Assembly: GCA_965235115.1 (NCBI GenBank)
Contig: OZ249438.1
Span: 30,504,001 to 30,568,000, forward strand
Source: Laetmonice hystrix
Lineage: Eukaryota
Length of the DNA stretch: 64,000 bases
Reading direction: 5' to 3'
Each line of letters starts with the position of its first letter. Position 1 is the first letter of the stretch. The notes beneath the pieces are model-generated. The model was not told where the DNA came from. It worked only from the letters and a program-made list of their open reading frames with translations, and made no database searches. Positions 37,926 to 51,241 of this stretch are shown here, one piece after another. Both the position numbers and the translations under genes were made by a program.

Positions 37926-39601
37926 AGCCTTTAGAATTGGTTGACTCTTGTAACAAAGGGTTCATGAAGAATTGATAAACTCTGAACACAGCGTGAAACA
38001 AACGGAGTGGAGGATATAACTCTCACCTGCTCACAGGCATACATAGTAAGTATATTATTATGTAGGCCTTCGATATTTGGGGCTACGCTGTTTGCGCCAA
38101 CATTTGATAGCTACATTTTGATGTCTTAACCGATTCCTAGCTCTGAAGTAATACTCACAGTATAGTACGACAGCCAGAGAAGTTTCTGTGGATATTACAG
38201 GAGTGAGTGGCCTATCTTCAGCTCGGCGAACTCATCGACAGGCATGATTTAGTGGTCCCTGCACCTCGAACTGACCATGCCCAACTTTATTGTCATAATT
38301 AGAAGCTGAAAAAAATGTCACACGAGCCAAAACATCTGAATTGTTCTTCAGGAAACGGATAAAGCTAACCGCTAGATTGAGTATTTATTGGTGGTTAGGT
38401 TGATGTCAGTGACATCTGTGACATCATAGTGACACTGCTGATAAAACTTGACAGATTAAACGACAGCATGTGAAATACAGATACATCAATTGACACAGAT
38501 ACACGCTAACACGTGTGGTGCTCAGCCTCGGCGGCGGCCAGTAACTTCATATCGGCATCTGTTGATTCTACCACTACCAGTCCGACATCTGCTCCCTCAG
38601 CCTTCACAGATCGGGAAGTACACGAAGAACCCTTCAGGAAATTAAAATTAATCCAAAATAGCACCGGTCTCTATTTAGGTTATTGGAGACAAGTAATGAT
38701 GTACTTGCTAATAGAGGCATTATAATTCTTAAACAAATGTTTGTGCGAATGTTAAACCCCTGGTAATTTTTGAGTTGATGTTATATTCTTGTCCGCATTC
38801 GGTTGAGGAAGGCAGAATGCAGTCTTTAAACATAAACTGTATATATACACAGTCGTTTGTATGATGCCGGCGTGTCTGGCCCAGAGAAACGTATTTATTA
38901 CTGTACGTAACACATGGTTTGTAATAAAAGTTGTTCCAATCTCCCAGCAATCATTGGTCTCAACCAACACACCCAAACAAACAATACAGTGGTCACTTTG
39001 TTCACTTTCTTTATAGCAAGGAAACACGTTCTGTCTCTGTGCCATAATTAATTTATTATACGGATACATTGTATTTGACTTTATTCGGGGAAGGCGGGAG
39101 TACACGTAGTCCGTTACTATAATTACCGGCAGGGCCCACCACAACACATGGTAAACTGACTATATCCGTGGTGTAGACTTGTATTATGGCGGGAACTGAC
39201 ATAAACGAAGGCAACATGTGTGACGGATGAGATGTGATACGTATCAAGGCGATACCATTGTAGTACATGTGCTGTATGATATATGTCAGGATAGGCGGAC
39301 TGGCTTCATTGCACACAAACATACAACATAATCAAATTGCTTCTGTTTGTTATAGATTCCTGTGGCCTTTTCTAAGGATGTTTCTTAAATGTCAAATTTC
39401 GACTTAGTGTTCAAATGTAGCGATGATGTTCAAGATTTGAGGATGCAGTAGAATACATGTAATATTGTGACAACTAAATACTGAAAGGTAATGCAGTCAT
39501 CGAAGTCAGTTTAAAACATTTCACCCGATTGCTACTGGTGTGAAGAACTAAGACGGTGTAGAAATGGCCCTGTGGTTAACTGTATGGTGATGTGGTTTCA
39601 G

Positions 39602-39704
39602 ATCCAGCGGATGGTGATCAGTGGAGGAAGTTTCCGACCCGACATTCTCAAACCCAAGGAGGTTGTCTCCCTGCTCCTCGACGATGACGAGATGGAGAAG
39701 AAAT
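39602..39704 (+). CDS. INO80: INO80 internal exon (103 nt, post-helicase segment)
   Basis: IQRMVISGGSFRPDILKPKEVVSLLLDDDEMEKK plus 1 nt, matching INO80 IQRMVISGGxFKPDTLKPKEVVSLLLDD. Acceptor gtggtttcag, donor AAAT|gtgagt. Confidence 0.96.
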
Positions 39705-40538
39705 GTGAGTACATTTCTCCAGCATTCACATGTCATGTATTTCTCACATGTACCTTCTCCATTCACCACCCGACTCTACCTCAAGGTTACCGTGATTACA
39801 TACTAACTGGTACCCGCTTACAGTGTTTCATCTACAAATGTACACGATAGAAATCTAGGATTTTAGATAAGATGATGTTACTGAGGACAAGGTCCCAAAC
39901 TGTCCCACTGTCAGACACACTAGAGCTACGCTTGTATATAAGATCTAGCTAGGATTGAATGCGATTTCATTAGGTAGCAGGACATTCCCAGTCTTGACTC
40001 AAGAATATGAAACTTGTAATGTTGGTCTTGCTGTTCCGGAATCTAAGCTTCAGGACCCGTGCCTCAGTCCTTGAGCCATTATTAAGATGTTCTTTATGAA
40101 AAAATCACCTGTATTATAGAATTAAAAAACAGATGGCGGTGGGCGCACAGGGCGAGGCTCTCTCTGAAAAAGATGAAAGTCAGGAGACCATATGGTCTAG
40201 TTTCAGATAATTATTGTCATTGCTCTGCTTTCCTGCGTCCTTGGATTATTTATTTTATGTGAAATCAGAAGGGCGTATACAATTGCCTTTGAAGTCAGTC
40301 TGGGACAGGTAGTTATTGACGCCAAGGATAGCCCTGAAGTGAGTTAGAGGAGTCCTAGGGTGACGTGGAGAGGATAGGTTGACTTGGTCGTCTTAATTAA
40401 CAGGGCTGTTGTTGAAGAATGGCAATCAGAGACTTAAGATCGTCCTTGGGTGCCTTAAAGACATTTGTTGGAGTTCTCACGGGGTTCTTTGACCAGCCGC
40501 AGGTACATCAACAGGTACTAATCCTGAAAGATGACAAA

Positions 40539-40640
40539 ACGATGGTTTAAAGGACCACGTGGTGGACGGTATACACGACTGGCGAGAGACGATGGTTTGA
40601 AGGACCACGTGGTGGACGGTATACACGACTGCTGAGAGAC
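40539..40640. repeat. Tandem duplication, 50 bp x 2
   Basis: ACGATGGTTT(A/G)AAGGACCACGTGGTGGACGGTATACACGACTG.. starting at 40539 and 40589; 3 mismatches. Confidence 0.93.
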
Positions 40641-43380
40641 TTAATCCACTTTCATCAAGGCAGGTGGTGTGAGAAATAATTGACTTCTGCCGGTGGTGGC
40701 GGCTTTGAGAAGCTGCGGGGAGAGGAATGGAGAAGTTGATTCCTTGAGTTTATATACGTCTGATGATGATTCGCAGACAATAGGATACACAGCTGGTGTA
40801 GCGGTGGCTCCGAGAGGTGCGACTCATCAAACGATGCGGGAACTTTGTAGTCCTGCACGAGTTCACGCTTCAGATAACTGTGCTGGACGTCACGGTGCCA
40901 GTGGACAATGGTGAGCCGAGTTAGGACTCCCGTCCTGTTTTCGTTCGGTGTTGATGTTTAATAACAGTACGTCAGACTGCGGACAGGGGGCGCTGATTAA
41001 GACGTGGAGTGGTGAGTGTCGGCCTATATGAAGGGTGTGGGAAGGGCGCCGGGCACAGCATGGGGGGCGTGGGGTGAGGGGACGACACGCGTGCCCAGGT
41101 ATACATACCTAATTGTAAGCACTTCTCACCACCGGCCTCTAGCTTGACCGATGGCAGGCGGTCTGTTCAAAGTGGACAGTGGTCACTGTAAAGGAGGCAT
41201 CCTGGAGACGGTCAGGGTATGCTTTGAAGAAAAATTGACCACACCTCCTTGTAGGATGCAATTAAATTGAGCAGGCTTTCGTGAACAACATAAGAGAGGT
41301 AGAAGACGCTGGAAATGGCCGGAGGGTTTGGGGCCATGGGGTGGAATACCATACCCCCTCCAGGTTATCACCACAGCCTAGGGTATCTCCAGGAAATGGG
41401 TGGGAAAATGAAGGGTTCAACCCCTCCCAGAGTCGGTGACCAACCCTGTGGGCAGGATGGACCATATGCTTCCGATATTCAGGTCAAACAGGGCACCAGT
41501 CTGCTAGTGACCTTTATTAAATGTGACTTTCATATCGATGACCTGGAATTACTGGGCGCCTATAGGGACGACCTACAGCAAAGGTATCCCCTTTGAAACC
41601 ACAAAGTCCCATTCTCCCACTAAGTAGTCGGTTGTGACGATGTACCGGTACTCTTTATAATATTAGCAGGTTCTCCTTTGTTACAGAAATACCAAAGGAT
41701 ATTTATAGCGCCGCTAGAGAGTCAGTCGTGACACAGAGTTATAGATAAATTACATGACAACGTGTGACAAAGGGTGCAGTGCCAGATAAATTTGAGGAAA
41801 CCGATTTTTACAAGGCTAGCTGAGCTACGATCACATGTGTCTTGAGATGCCGACATGTATACAGGGCAGGAGGCCGCTCCGGGCGGCGACTGAAGGGCCA
41901 TCTGTCTTCCCACGAACATCAGCCTCGTGGTCGACCGAGCACTGACCATCCCCCCAGGTCTCTCCTTCCTGGGGTTTCTAATACTTAGGGCAAACTGAAG
42001 ACCTCTTCTAAAGTCTTGGGAATAGTCTTGAATTCCCAAGGGGTTTCTGTTCCTCTTCCTCTCTGATGTTTTTTTTTTTTTTTTTAGGGGGGGGGGGATT
42101 GTCTAATATAACCGTGAAGGGGTAAGAAGTGTGTGTAGCTGACCTAAAAAAGCCAGAGGCATCGTGCTACATAGAAAATATATCGATTTGAAATCGAACG
42201 ATAAAATTCTATGATATTGATTCTTTAACATGGGGAAGTTTGCCCGTCATGCCACAGCATTGTAACAACAAACTGTGCATTGTCATGACAACAGTCCTTT
42301 TTAACTTTTATGAAATTATTATTTGATTTTTATCTCATTTTTTCAGAATGTGACCTTTGTAAGGCATAACATAAATTTATTTTAATGTCAGCTTCATTCA
42401 TTTTTTTTATGAGTGAAAAATTAAAATAAGCTTCTATTTTATAACGCTGCATGCGAATTGGTATAAATTGGTTACGCTTCATGTACTTCTTTCAGGTGTA
42501 TCACCGCGCCGCATACTCCGACTTGATATAGATGGTCTGACAGAGTTATGTCAACTTTGTTTTTCATATTCTAATGCACATTTTGCAGTCCGTTTGTATT
42601 ATGAAGATGTAATGAAATTAAAAAGCGATCTTTATTAATAGTACATATTATAGGTCTGATGAAAGAAATGAATAAAAAGCAAAGATGCAGTTGGAGGCAA
42701 GTCGTACATATTTTAGAGCCCCGTAACTTGGGGCCAAGTTAACCTCACCTGTAAGGGAACAATACTCGCTACCACCTGTCTCCATAGGCAGGTGGGTAAT
42801 ATATGTGTGTACCGTGGGAAAGTAATGTCTATAGGGTAGTCACCCCCTGTCTATAGACCCCACCTTACCGGTCCTTGTAACACCATGAGGTAACAGGGTA
42901 CAACTTGTCTCCCCTCCGTCGCCTGCAAGGAATCATGAAATCACCAATTGGCTGGCAAACGTGAAGATTCCAGAAACAGGGAAACATGAAGGTTTTATTG
43001 TCATACATGAACCGTTGTAATCGGAGTGGTTGCGTATGTGTGATGTACACGTCCTGTAAACAAAATTATACCAGGATGAAAAGTTACAAAGTGGTGTCGG
43101 ATTAACACCCCCCCCCCGTATAATATACTCGTACCTGTACAGAAAACATGTAGGTCGGGCTATCTCACAAGGTATGTGGGTGGGGTGTATGAGGCTGGGT
43201 GGGGTGGGGTATACGGAGGAGGTTCGCCCACCCAGCTTGCCTGAGCAGTTTATCTGACAGGGGCTTGCGCTTCCCTCAGACCGTGACTTGTTAACAAAAC
43301 CGACATGAGAGGGCACGGTGGTGAGGTGAGTGTCGGCGGACCCATCACCTGTCCTACCCACCTGTAGGTAGGATCACTGC

Positions 43381-43919
43381 CAGAACAGGTGTCTGTGGGT
43401 CTTCACGGCAGACGTTTACTTGATGCCACCAAGGAGGCACAGAACAGGTGTCTGTGGGCCTTCACGGCAGACGTTTACAACGTGATGCCACCAAGGAGGC
43501 ACAGAACACGTGTCTGTGGGCCTTCACGGCAGACCACGTGATGCCACCAAGGAGGCACAGAACACGTGTCTGTGGGCCTTCACGGCAGACCACGTGATGC
43601 CACCAAGGAGGCACAGAACACGTGTCTGTGAGCCTTCACGGCAGACGTTTACAACGTGATGCCACCAAGGAGGCACAGAACACGTGTCTGTGGGTCTTCA
43701 CGGCAGACGTTTACAACGTGATGCCACCAAGGAGGCACAGAACACGTGTCTGTGGGTCTTCACGGCAGACGTTTACAACGTGATGCCACCAAGGAGGCAC
43801 AGAACACGTGTCTGTGAGCCTTCACGGCAGACCACGTGATGCCACCAAGGAGGCACAGAACACGTGTCTGTGGGCCTTCACGGCAGACGGTTACAACGTG
43901 ATGCCACCAAGGAGGCACA
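43381..43919. repeat. Minisatellite, 9 copies of 62/56-bp variants
   Basis: Unit CAGAACACGTGTCTGTGGGCCTTCACGGCAGAC(GTTTACA/C)ACGTGATGCCACCAAGGAGGCA; starts 43381, 43440, 43502, 43558, 43614, 43676, 43738, 43800, 43856. Confidence 0.97.
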
Positions 43920-45714
43920 ATGACAGCATAATTGATGTAAAATCTGAAAGCGATGAGGAGCGTGTTCGTCCATGCCTACGGAACGTTCAACATTGAGGTT
44001 TTGTTACATGTCTGATATGAAATAAGTTTCTTCTGTAGAATAGTTCTTGGTCACTTGAGGAGAGGATATCTTCTCCCGCAGTAATTAGGTGAGGTATAAA
44101 GATGAACAAAGCATGCATCCTTGCGCAATGATCTGTCAAGAACGGCGAGAAAGGGCTCAAACCGTGATAGCATTTATAGCTCTAATAGCTGTTCTAGGAA
44201 TATTAGCCTAGTGAACTCTATTAGGTTGTCATGGTGAAGTGTTGATAAGTCGTTGATTGTAAGAAGTTAGTACGTAGAGGATGGTGTATAATTAGGGGTC
44301 CTGCTGATGGTCGTCCTGGTGCGGAGTGTGGGGAGTTAACTATCACCTGACATGTCAGTTGTTGTACTAGGAACATGTAAGGACCCCATGCTACACCTGC
44401 CTGACGACAGAATCTCTTCAAGACGTTCACATGGCAACGGGAGGGGGTAGGCACTGATGGTGAGACCACATTGAGATGTCTCTCAAATTGCCGCAGTAAC
44501 CTCTACCCTCATTCTTAGCACTTGGCCATTTTCTTGTCGAACTGAAGGGAGAAATAGCGCCTGTTGCTACAGCATTGAACTCCTGCCATGGTAACCGTGA
44601 TGCTGCCATGGTCGACGTGATGTTTGGGAGGGTAAGTGGTGCTGACAGCACGGGCTCGACCCGCCCCCGTTCACCTGTACACCAGGACAGGTGTAGGCGA
44701 GGCGGGGGCCCTCCTAATTACCCTCCCACAATGGACAAATGGGGTTATGTCGTGGCCGGGCCCACACCACCCCGCCGCCACCTTGACATCGCCGGCGCCT
44801 TCCCAACTTGGCGCGTATGGAATTGCACACCCACATAACAAAATAAAATCCATCACTCCACAAGACGAGTCGCTATTTCTCAGTGTCGCTGAAAGCCCAG
44901 ATGGCCATGGGTTGATGGACAAAAGGACTTAACGTCACCAACGTCAGCCACGTCCTGAGTTCTGTCTGGTAGGACAAACCATGTCATATTGCCCGTGTTG
45001 ACCCCTACCTCACCCGATCAGTGTCAGCTAACTTCATGGACATTCTGTTACTCTTTGATTCGGTAACATCAGAACAGGCTGGTATTATTTGGATGATTGA
45101 CACTTTCGTGTGCCATAATTCGGAGATTTATCAAGTAAGTAGGATGTAAAATGTTCGGAGAATCGTATAAATAGTGACTTTTCAGAGTGATCGCATTAAA
45201 TTCTTGCATTGCTTGGTCTGCAGTGAAATAAGGACATATTGAAATTTCAATAAATATTCACTGATGTATTCGTCAGAGTTACAAAAACCTGTATGAATCC
45301 AATGCGTGCAGCGTGTGAAAGGGTCCCATGGTCATCGACGTAGTACTGCACACTGCCCCTAGGTGTCTCTGCATTCATAACTCGAGATATCCAGGCACGT
45401 GCTGTCCAGTCACCTAAACATCTCTCAGTCATCCACATCCATGTACCCACCCAAACAAACCCAGAGGAGTGTCTTGTGGGTCAGTCAAAGCCAGGCCCAT
45501 ATTTTTTGGTAATTATTCCTAAGCTATGGGCTGTGACTTACATTATTGACTGTCAGGGCTATTTCCCCGGTGGGTTGTTATGGCCTGTTTTATTGATTAT
45601 TATTATCATCGTTCAGTTCTGCATACACGGCAGCTTTTTAGGGTATATGGGTAATTGTTACACTCACAGATGTTTGAAATATATTATGTTGATACGTACA
45701 GTATCATGCCCACA

Positions 45715-46032
45715 CTGAAACAGTGGGTCGTTTGGCGGATGGTTTCAGGACAGCAGTGGAGCAAAGACTGAAACAGTGGGTCGTTTGGCGGATGGTTTCA
45801 GGACAGCAGTGGAGCAAAGACTGAAACAGTGGGTCGTTTGGCGGAGGGTTTCAGGACAGCAGTGGAGCAAAGACTGAAACAGTGGGTCGTTTGGCGGAGG
45901 GTTTCAGGACAGCAGTGGAGCAAAGACTGAAACAGTGGGTCGTTTGGCGGAGGGTTTCAGGACAGCAGTGGAGCAAAGACTGAAACAGTGGGTCGTTTGG
46001 CGGAGGGTTTCAGGACAGCAGTGGAGCAAAGA
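45715..46032. repeat. Minisatellite, 53 bp x 6
   Basis: CTGAAACAGTGGGTCGTTTGGCGGA(T/G)GGTTTCAGGACAGCAGTGGAGCAAAGA; copies 1-2 carry T, copies 3-6 carry G. Confidence 0.98.
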
Positions 46033-47217
46033 ATATGGGTGTAATGTTTCAGTTTCACCCAGCCTGCCTAGTCAAGTTAACCTGAGAGCATGACTTACAC
46101 TCTCTTACATGTATATCTAATCTGAGTAGTAACAAAAGGTTTGGGCACCAGTCCAGGCCCTCAGCATCTACCCATAAGGGGCCGAAACGTCTACGTACGT
46201 ATTTCTTTGGCTGGCGCATCGTTGACACCACCAAACCCTCATTACATGTCAGATTTTCAGTCCAGTCCTAAAAAGTAATAAAAAATCATCCCTTGAGGGG
46301 AAAGTCGCAAAAATAGGAAGTGAAAAGAAATCAGTGCTGAGACTGGTAGCCTTGAAGGGTAGCACGTGTTGCAGCAATAAAAGAACCACAGATGGGTCGC
46401 TGCCGGTGACCACAAAGGGCTCGGGGACATTAGGTGACAATGGTCAATAAAAGGTGAGAATACAGGTGTAAAGGGGTTGACAGGTGGCCGTGCATCTCAC
46501 CCCCACCTGACCACCACCGCGACACCCCAGCCATCCTCCAGCCGGCCAGGTACGGCGCTGACCAAAGACTTGACCGCTCCGCCTGCCCACAGACTGTCTG
46601 GGGGCCGCCTTTCACACTGGGCGGCCCCCTGCACTCCCATTGGTACTGATATCATTGATATCAATAGATACGACCGGACCACATGCCGACAGATGCCGGT
46701 CAGCCTGAGAGTATGCTACCACTGACCACACAACTGTCACCACCGAGGCCGAGATTTAACCATATCTTACGAACATCTCTCAAAGCAAGACAAAAATGAC
46801 ATTCTAAAGATTGGGACCCACGTCCTGACCCCTTGGTCCCTCAGCAACCGTCGGATGCTAGAGCTTCGAACAAGCAATAACGGTGAATTGCACTAAAATT
46901 TTGAGAAAAGATTATGTGTTTCTTCTCCTTTGAGCAATGACGACACCGAAACACTTGAAAGCCCGGTGTCAGATAGCTAATTGCCCAGGGCCATGGACGA
47001 ATATAAATGTATAAACGGACGATGTACGCCGGTATTTAGCTGGTATGCTCAAACACACTTCTATTTAGGTCTATCTGTGCAGATTGCATGATTATTAGAA
47101 CTACATACATTTCAAGCAAGACTCGGTATTTAAGAAAAAGTTACCTCGGAGGAATAAAACAGGGTTTATACGGAACAGGAGAGAGAACCGAACAGAATAG
47201 TCCCCCAATACGAGGTG

Positions 47218-47537
47218 CCTGGTCCCTTGCCCTTGGACCCTGGTCCTTGGACCCTGGACACTGTCTCCTGGTCCTTTGCCTCTGGTCCTTGGTCCCTGCC
47301 CCCTGGTCCCTTGCCCTTGGACCTCCTTGGACCCTGGACATTGTCTCCTGGTCCCTTGCCCCGGTCCTTGGTCCCTGCCCCCTGGTCCCTTGCCCCTGGG
47401 CCCTGGTCCTTGGCCCTGAACACTGTCTCCTGGTCCCTTGCCCCTGGTCCTTGGTCCCTGCCCCCTGGTCCCTTGCCCTTGGGCCCTGGTCCTTGGCCCT
47501 GGACACTGTCTCCTGGTCCTTGGTCACTGGTCACTGG
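47218..47537. repeat. Heptamer-based low-complexity repeat
   Basis: Chain of CCTGGTC/CTTGGTC/CCTTGCC/CCTGGAC 7-mers, with ACTGTCT recurring as a higher-order marker. Confidence 0.9.
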
Positions 47538-49459
47538 CCCGAGCCGCCGGACGGTTCTTGACGGACACATGACGACTCGACCGACAGACTGTCAAGTGGA
47601 TGTCGTTCTCTAATCCATCCTGTCCAGACATAATGGCCACTGGCAACCCAGCTTGACCACAACTGACAATGGGCACGGCTCCATCGTACCGTGTGTCAAG
47701 TTGGAAGGTTTTGGCATTGAAAAAAGGGAACGCGGACAGACGAGTTCCGGCGCAACCTGTGTGCCTTTTTATAACCTTGGGCGAGTAACAATGGGAGCAC
47801 GTTGGACAAATCCTGTTCCCACTGAGGAGTTTAGTTAAATTCGGCTACTCTTAGTTTGATTTCTTGCTCTACCATCCTCGGACTTCCTATTGATTTGATT
47901 GGTCCATGAGGCCACAACCTGCCGATAACATGACGAGGTGAAGGTATTGACCCGATAGTACAACTGATGGCACTGACCTTGCCGGTCCAGTGGTCAGTGC
48001 TCTATGGGAAACTCTAATACTTCCTGGCACCTGTCCGGCTGGAGGCCCCGGGGGGTACACGCAGACACTGGAGTAACGGCACGCCGCGCTGCCCGGCCCG
48101 CTCACATGCTTATATGTGATCGCTCAGTCTTGACCATTGTCCAGCTGCCTCCGACCACCTGTCCGGTCATAGTGACCACACCGAGGGTATCACCACTCTA
48201 ATTCTCACCTAATCCCTCGAGGCTGTGGTGGAAACCGCAAAGCACAGGTGGACATGCCAAAGATGAGTTTATCCAAATGATTAATGTAAATATGATAAAG
48301 AGCTAGACGGGAGAGGTGACACCACGTGAAGTGTAGGGGGGGGGGGGGGGTCACATGGTACACAAGGCGGGATGTGTTGCAGACACAGGTGGGGGTGGAA
48401 GTACCAAGACAACCCCAGGTACACGTATTACGTACGGGTTTAAGTACTGTCAACAATTAGCTGTTACGTGATGGGTGGTTACGTACAGTGTGATATATTC
48501 TCCTTCAGTGTAAATATCAGTTGTAAACCCTACCACCGGAAGGATTACTCTAATCAAGGCAGGTATATGGTTATACGGAGCAGGGAATCTAAACCTCATA
48601 CCTCTAAAACCAGTGGATTGAAAGTGTCGGAAGACAGTGAGACCCATCTGTTGGGCAGACCAACGTAGTTATATGAAGGACGCCAGGAAATCTGATTTCT
48701 TATGTCCTTTTTATTTTTTTATAGACCGGGAGTCAGTTATGACAGAATTGTGTCTGGCTTGAGCTGAGTGTCTGTTGACGTTTAAATCTGACATAAGTAA
48801 TAGTATTATGTCAGTATTTGTTTCGAAACACCTGTTCCATCTAGAGTACACCTCACTAGTACAAAAATGGACGACCTCCCCCCCCCCCCCTCAAGAAAAG
48901 AAAAAGGCAGAATCAAACCAACTGTTGCCATGTCTCTTTCCAGATGTCCCCACTTACATACTCCCTGACCACAAAATAAAAAAGTACTTGTTATTACAAG
49001 AGATATTTTTTGAAGTTTGTCTTCTTCCTTTGACCATTTTAATCTATTGTCCGGTCCTTCTCCTCGCAGTGTAAACTATGTGCAGACAGACTTGCCATGG
49101 GAGATTCTAGGAAACATAAATCGGATGTAAATTAGGTCACCACTTTAACATGCGTGCCCTAATTATTTGAACATTGGAGCCCAAGGCATTTTGATATTTC
49201 AGCCCCAGGCCCTAATGTATTATTAGCCTAGAGCACGTCACTATATATGGTCCCTCTCATAAAGATCCACGCTCAGAATGTTAGAACTGATAATACTCTG
49301 ACAGTCTCTAGCGGGCAGATATTACCGGGGGTATATTGTAAGTTTATTTGGATGTTTATGTGTTTGGAATGAAGTACATGGTTTACCTGATAATCTACAT
49401 TAGCACTGCCGTTCTGGGTCTGGTAGAACTTCACCCTCGTTTGCAATCATCAAAACACT

Positions 49460-49680
49460 GTTCATTGGACGTTATCATTGGGAACATACCGAATACAAGG
49501 CAAGGCAAATCCCCACTTGAAGACAAAGGATTTATAGCCACACATCAGAGAGGAAACTCACGAAGGTTGTTCAAACAAAGCCCCCAACTGCTCTGGGCAG
49601 ACTTCCTGACATGTTCTGCCATATCCTTCTCATGTCACAAGTTTATATTTCACTGGGACGGCACGGCAGGAATGGGCTGT
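49460..49680 (+). mobile_element. Decayed CR1-type LINE 3' tail
   Basis: THQRGNSRRLFKQ ... SFSCHKFIFHWD resembles TRGNSxKLFKx ... FFSxRVVxxWN. Confidence 0.45.
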
Positions 49681-50601
49681 CTTCGTGCTAATTTATGTCG
49701 CTAGGTATAATCTATAAAAACGTTGCTCAAGCCAGGTAACTGCTATTCTATCCTGGGGTGAAGTTGGTCTACATGTATAGATTTCTTGTTAATAATTGTG
49801 TGATTGAGATCATTCAATGAGAGTTTGACATCTTGGCGATTGTTTGCTCCGTCAGACTTGTATAAGATCGTACCAAGTTGTCCGATTGGTCGGGTATTGA
49901 TGTGCCGACCGCCCGCCGAGTGGCGCCACTGTCGGCCGGTAGTGGTGGACGTTAATGAAGCCATCATAAGGCGGCGGCCAGCCAGGTTTGATTGGCTCCG
50001 ACAGACTGCGGGACGTTCGGCTCCGATCATCAAAGTCACGACCATTGTGTTGGTTGTTTTCTCACCATAGGGGGCATTAAACCCCACCTCCACGGGGTCC
50101 CCGCCCCGTCCAGTCGCTACACCTGGGGTGCACACCTGAGCCACACCCCAGGGGTCATGAAGGGTTACATGTGGGGCGGGGTTAAAAACAAAAAGCCACG
50201 GCCACAGACCGTGAGATAATTTCATAACAATGGCTTGATTCACATGGGTGGTTTTGTTAATCAGTGTGTAGTGGGGTATGACCAGGTACCCCACGAGGTG
50301 GGGGTCTCATTACTTGTGTCCCGGACAGATACACGCCAGGTATACGAGGGTGAATCCCTCTTTGATCTGACCGATGATCTACAAATAATCACCCCAACAA
50401 CCCTGCATTGTTCACTCAAGGTGGTGGTCGCCAGGATTGTTTCTGTCATTTGATTCATGAATCAGGAATGGACGTATTTCATTCACATGTAGTGATTTTT
50501 TTAATGTTTGCATCCTGAGTTTGACAGTTAAATTGGTCTGGAACCTATTCTTTTCATACACTTTGCGTCCCATGTAATGCATTGTGTTCAAATGGGCTTC
50601 C

Positions 50602-50655
50602 ATGGACTTTCCAAATTGGAATGGACTTTCCAAAATGGAATGGACTTTCCAAAAT
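50602..50655. repeat. Tandem repeat, 19 bp x about 2.8
   Basis: ATGGACTTTCCAAA(T/A)TGGA starting at 50602, 50621, 50640. Confidence 0.85.
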
Positions 50656-50921
50656 TTAACTCAAATTGTAAATGAAACTCTGAAATGTCTGAAACTGACC
50701 ACAATATTAAACCCTGTGATAAAGAAAGAGTTCTTCAGAACTCATGTGACCCAGGAAAAACTAGGCAATACAGCATCGAAGTATATTATAATTTATATAT
50801 GTACAAATGTATATTCTGGATTCGGGAAATCTATCTTGAAATGTTAGCAACACGTCTTTGTTTTTGCCATCCCTACACTGCCGAGAGCAATGGACCACTC
50901 AGCGTGCCTTTCTGTAGTAAG

Positions 50922-51241
50922 CAGAGGCGGATCCGGGGGGGGGGGGGCGTGGGGGGGGGGGGTGGGCACCTTCCACCCCCCCTTTTCCACCCCACGCCCC
51001 GCCTCCCCCCTCACGCCACCCTTCCGCCCCACGGCACCCCCCTTTCCACCGCACGCCACCCCTTTCCGCCCCTTCTACCCCACGCCCCCCTTCCACCCCA
51101 CCACCCCCCTCCCACCCCACGCTCCGCCTTTCCACCCACCCCCTTTCCACCCCACGCCCCCCCTCCACCCCACGGCACCCCCTTTCCACCCCACGCCACC
51201 CCCCCTTTCCACCCCTTTCCAAAATGCTGAGTCCGACCCTG
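50922..51241. mobile_element. 320-bp MITE-like element of the CAGxGGCGG family with C-rich repetitive interior
   Basis: Left CAGAGGCGGATCC plus G runs; right GAGTCCGACCCTG (9/13 inverted match); GTAAG directly repeated on both flanks (50917-50921, 51242-51246); interior of CC(C/T)TTCCACCCCAC-like units. Confidence 0.6.

Noticed and set aside
40760-40940. Minus-strand LTRLTIVHWHRDVQHS...ELVQDYKVP resembling a Bel/Pao integrase zinc finger
   Set aside because: Spacing is 3 residues short, the CxxC half is missing, and there are no other LTR-element motifs nearby.
46145-46200. GGCCGAAACGTC, the second half of a Penelope-type hammerhead
   Set aside because: No CUGANGA box upstream of the stem and no helix I pairing.
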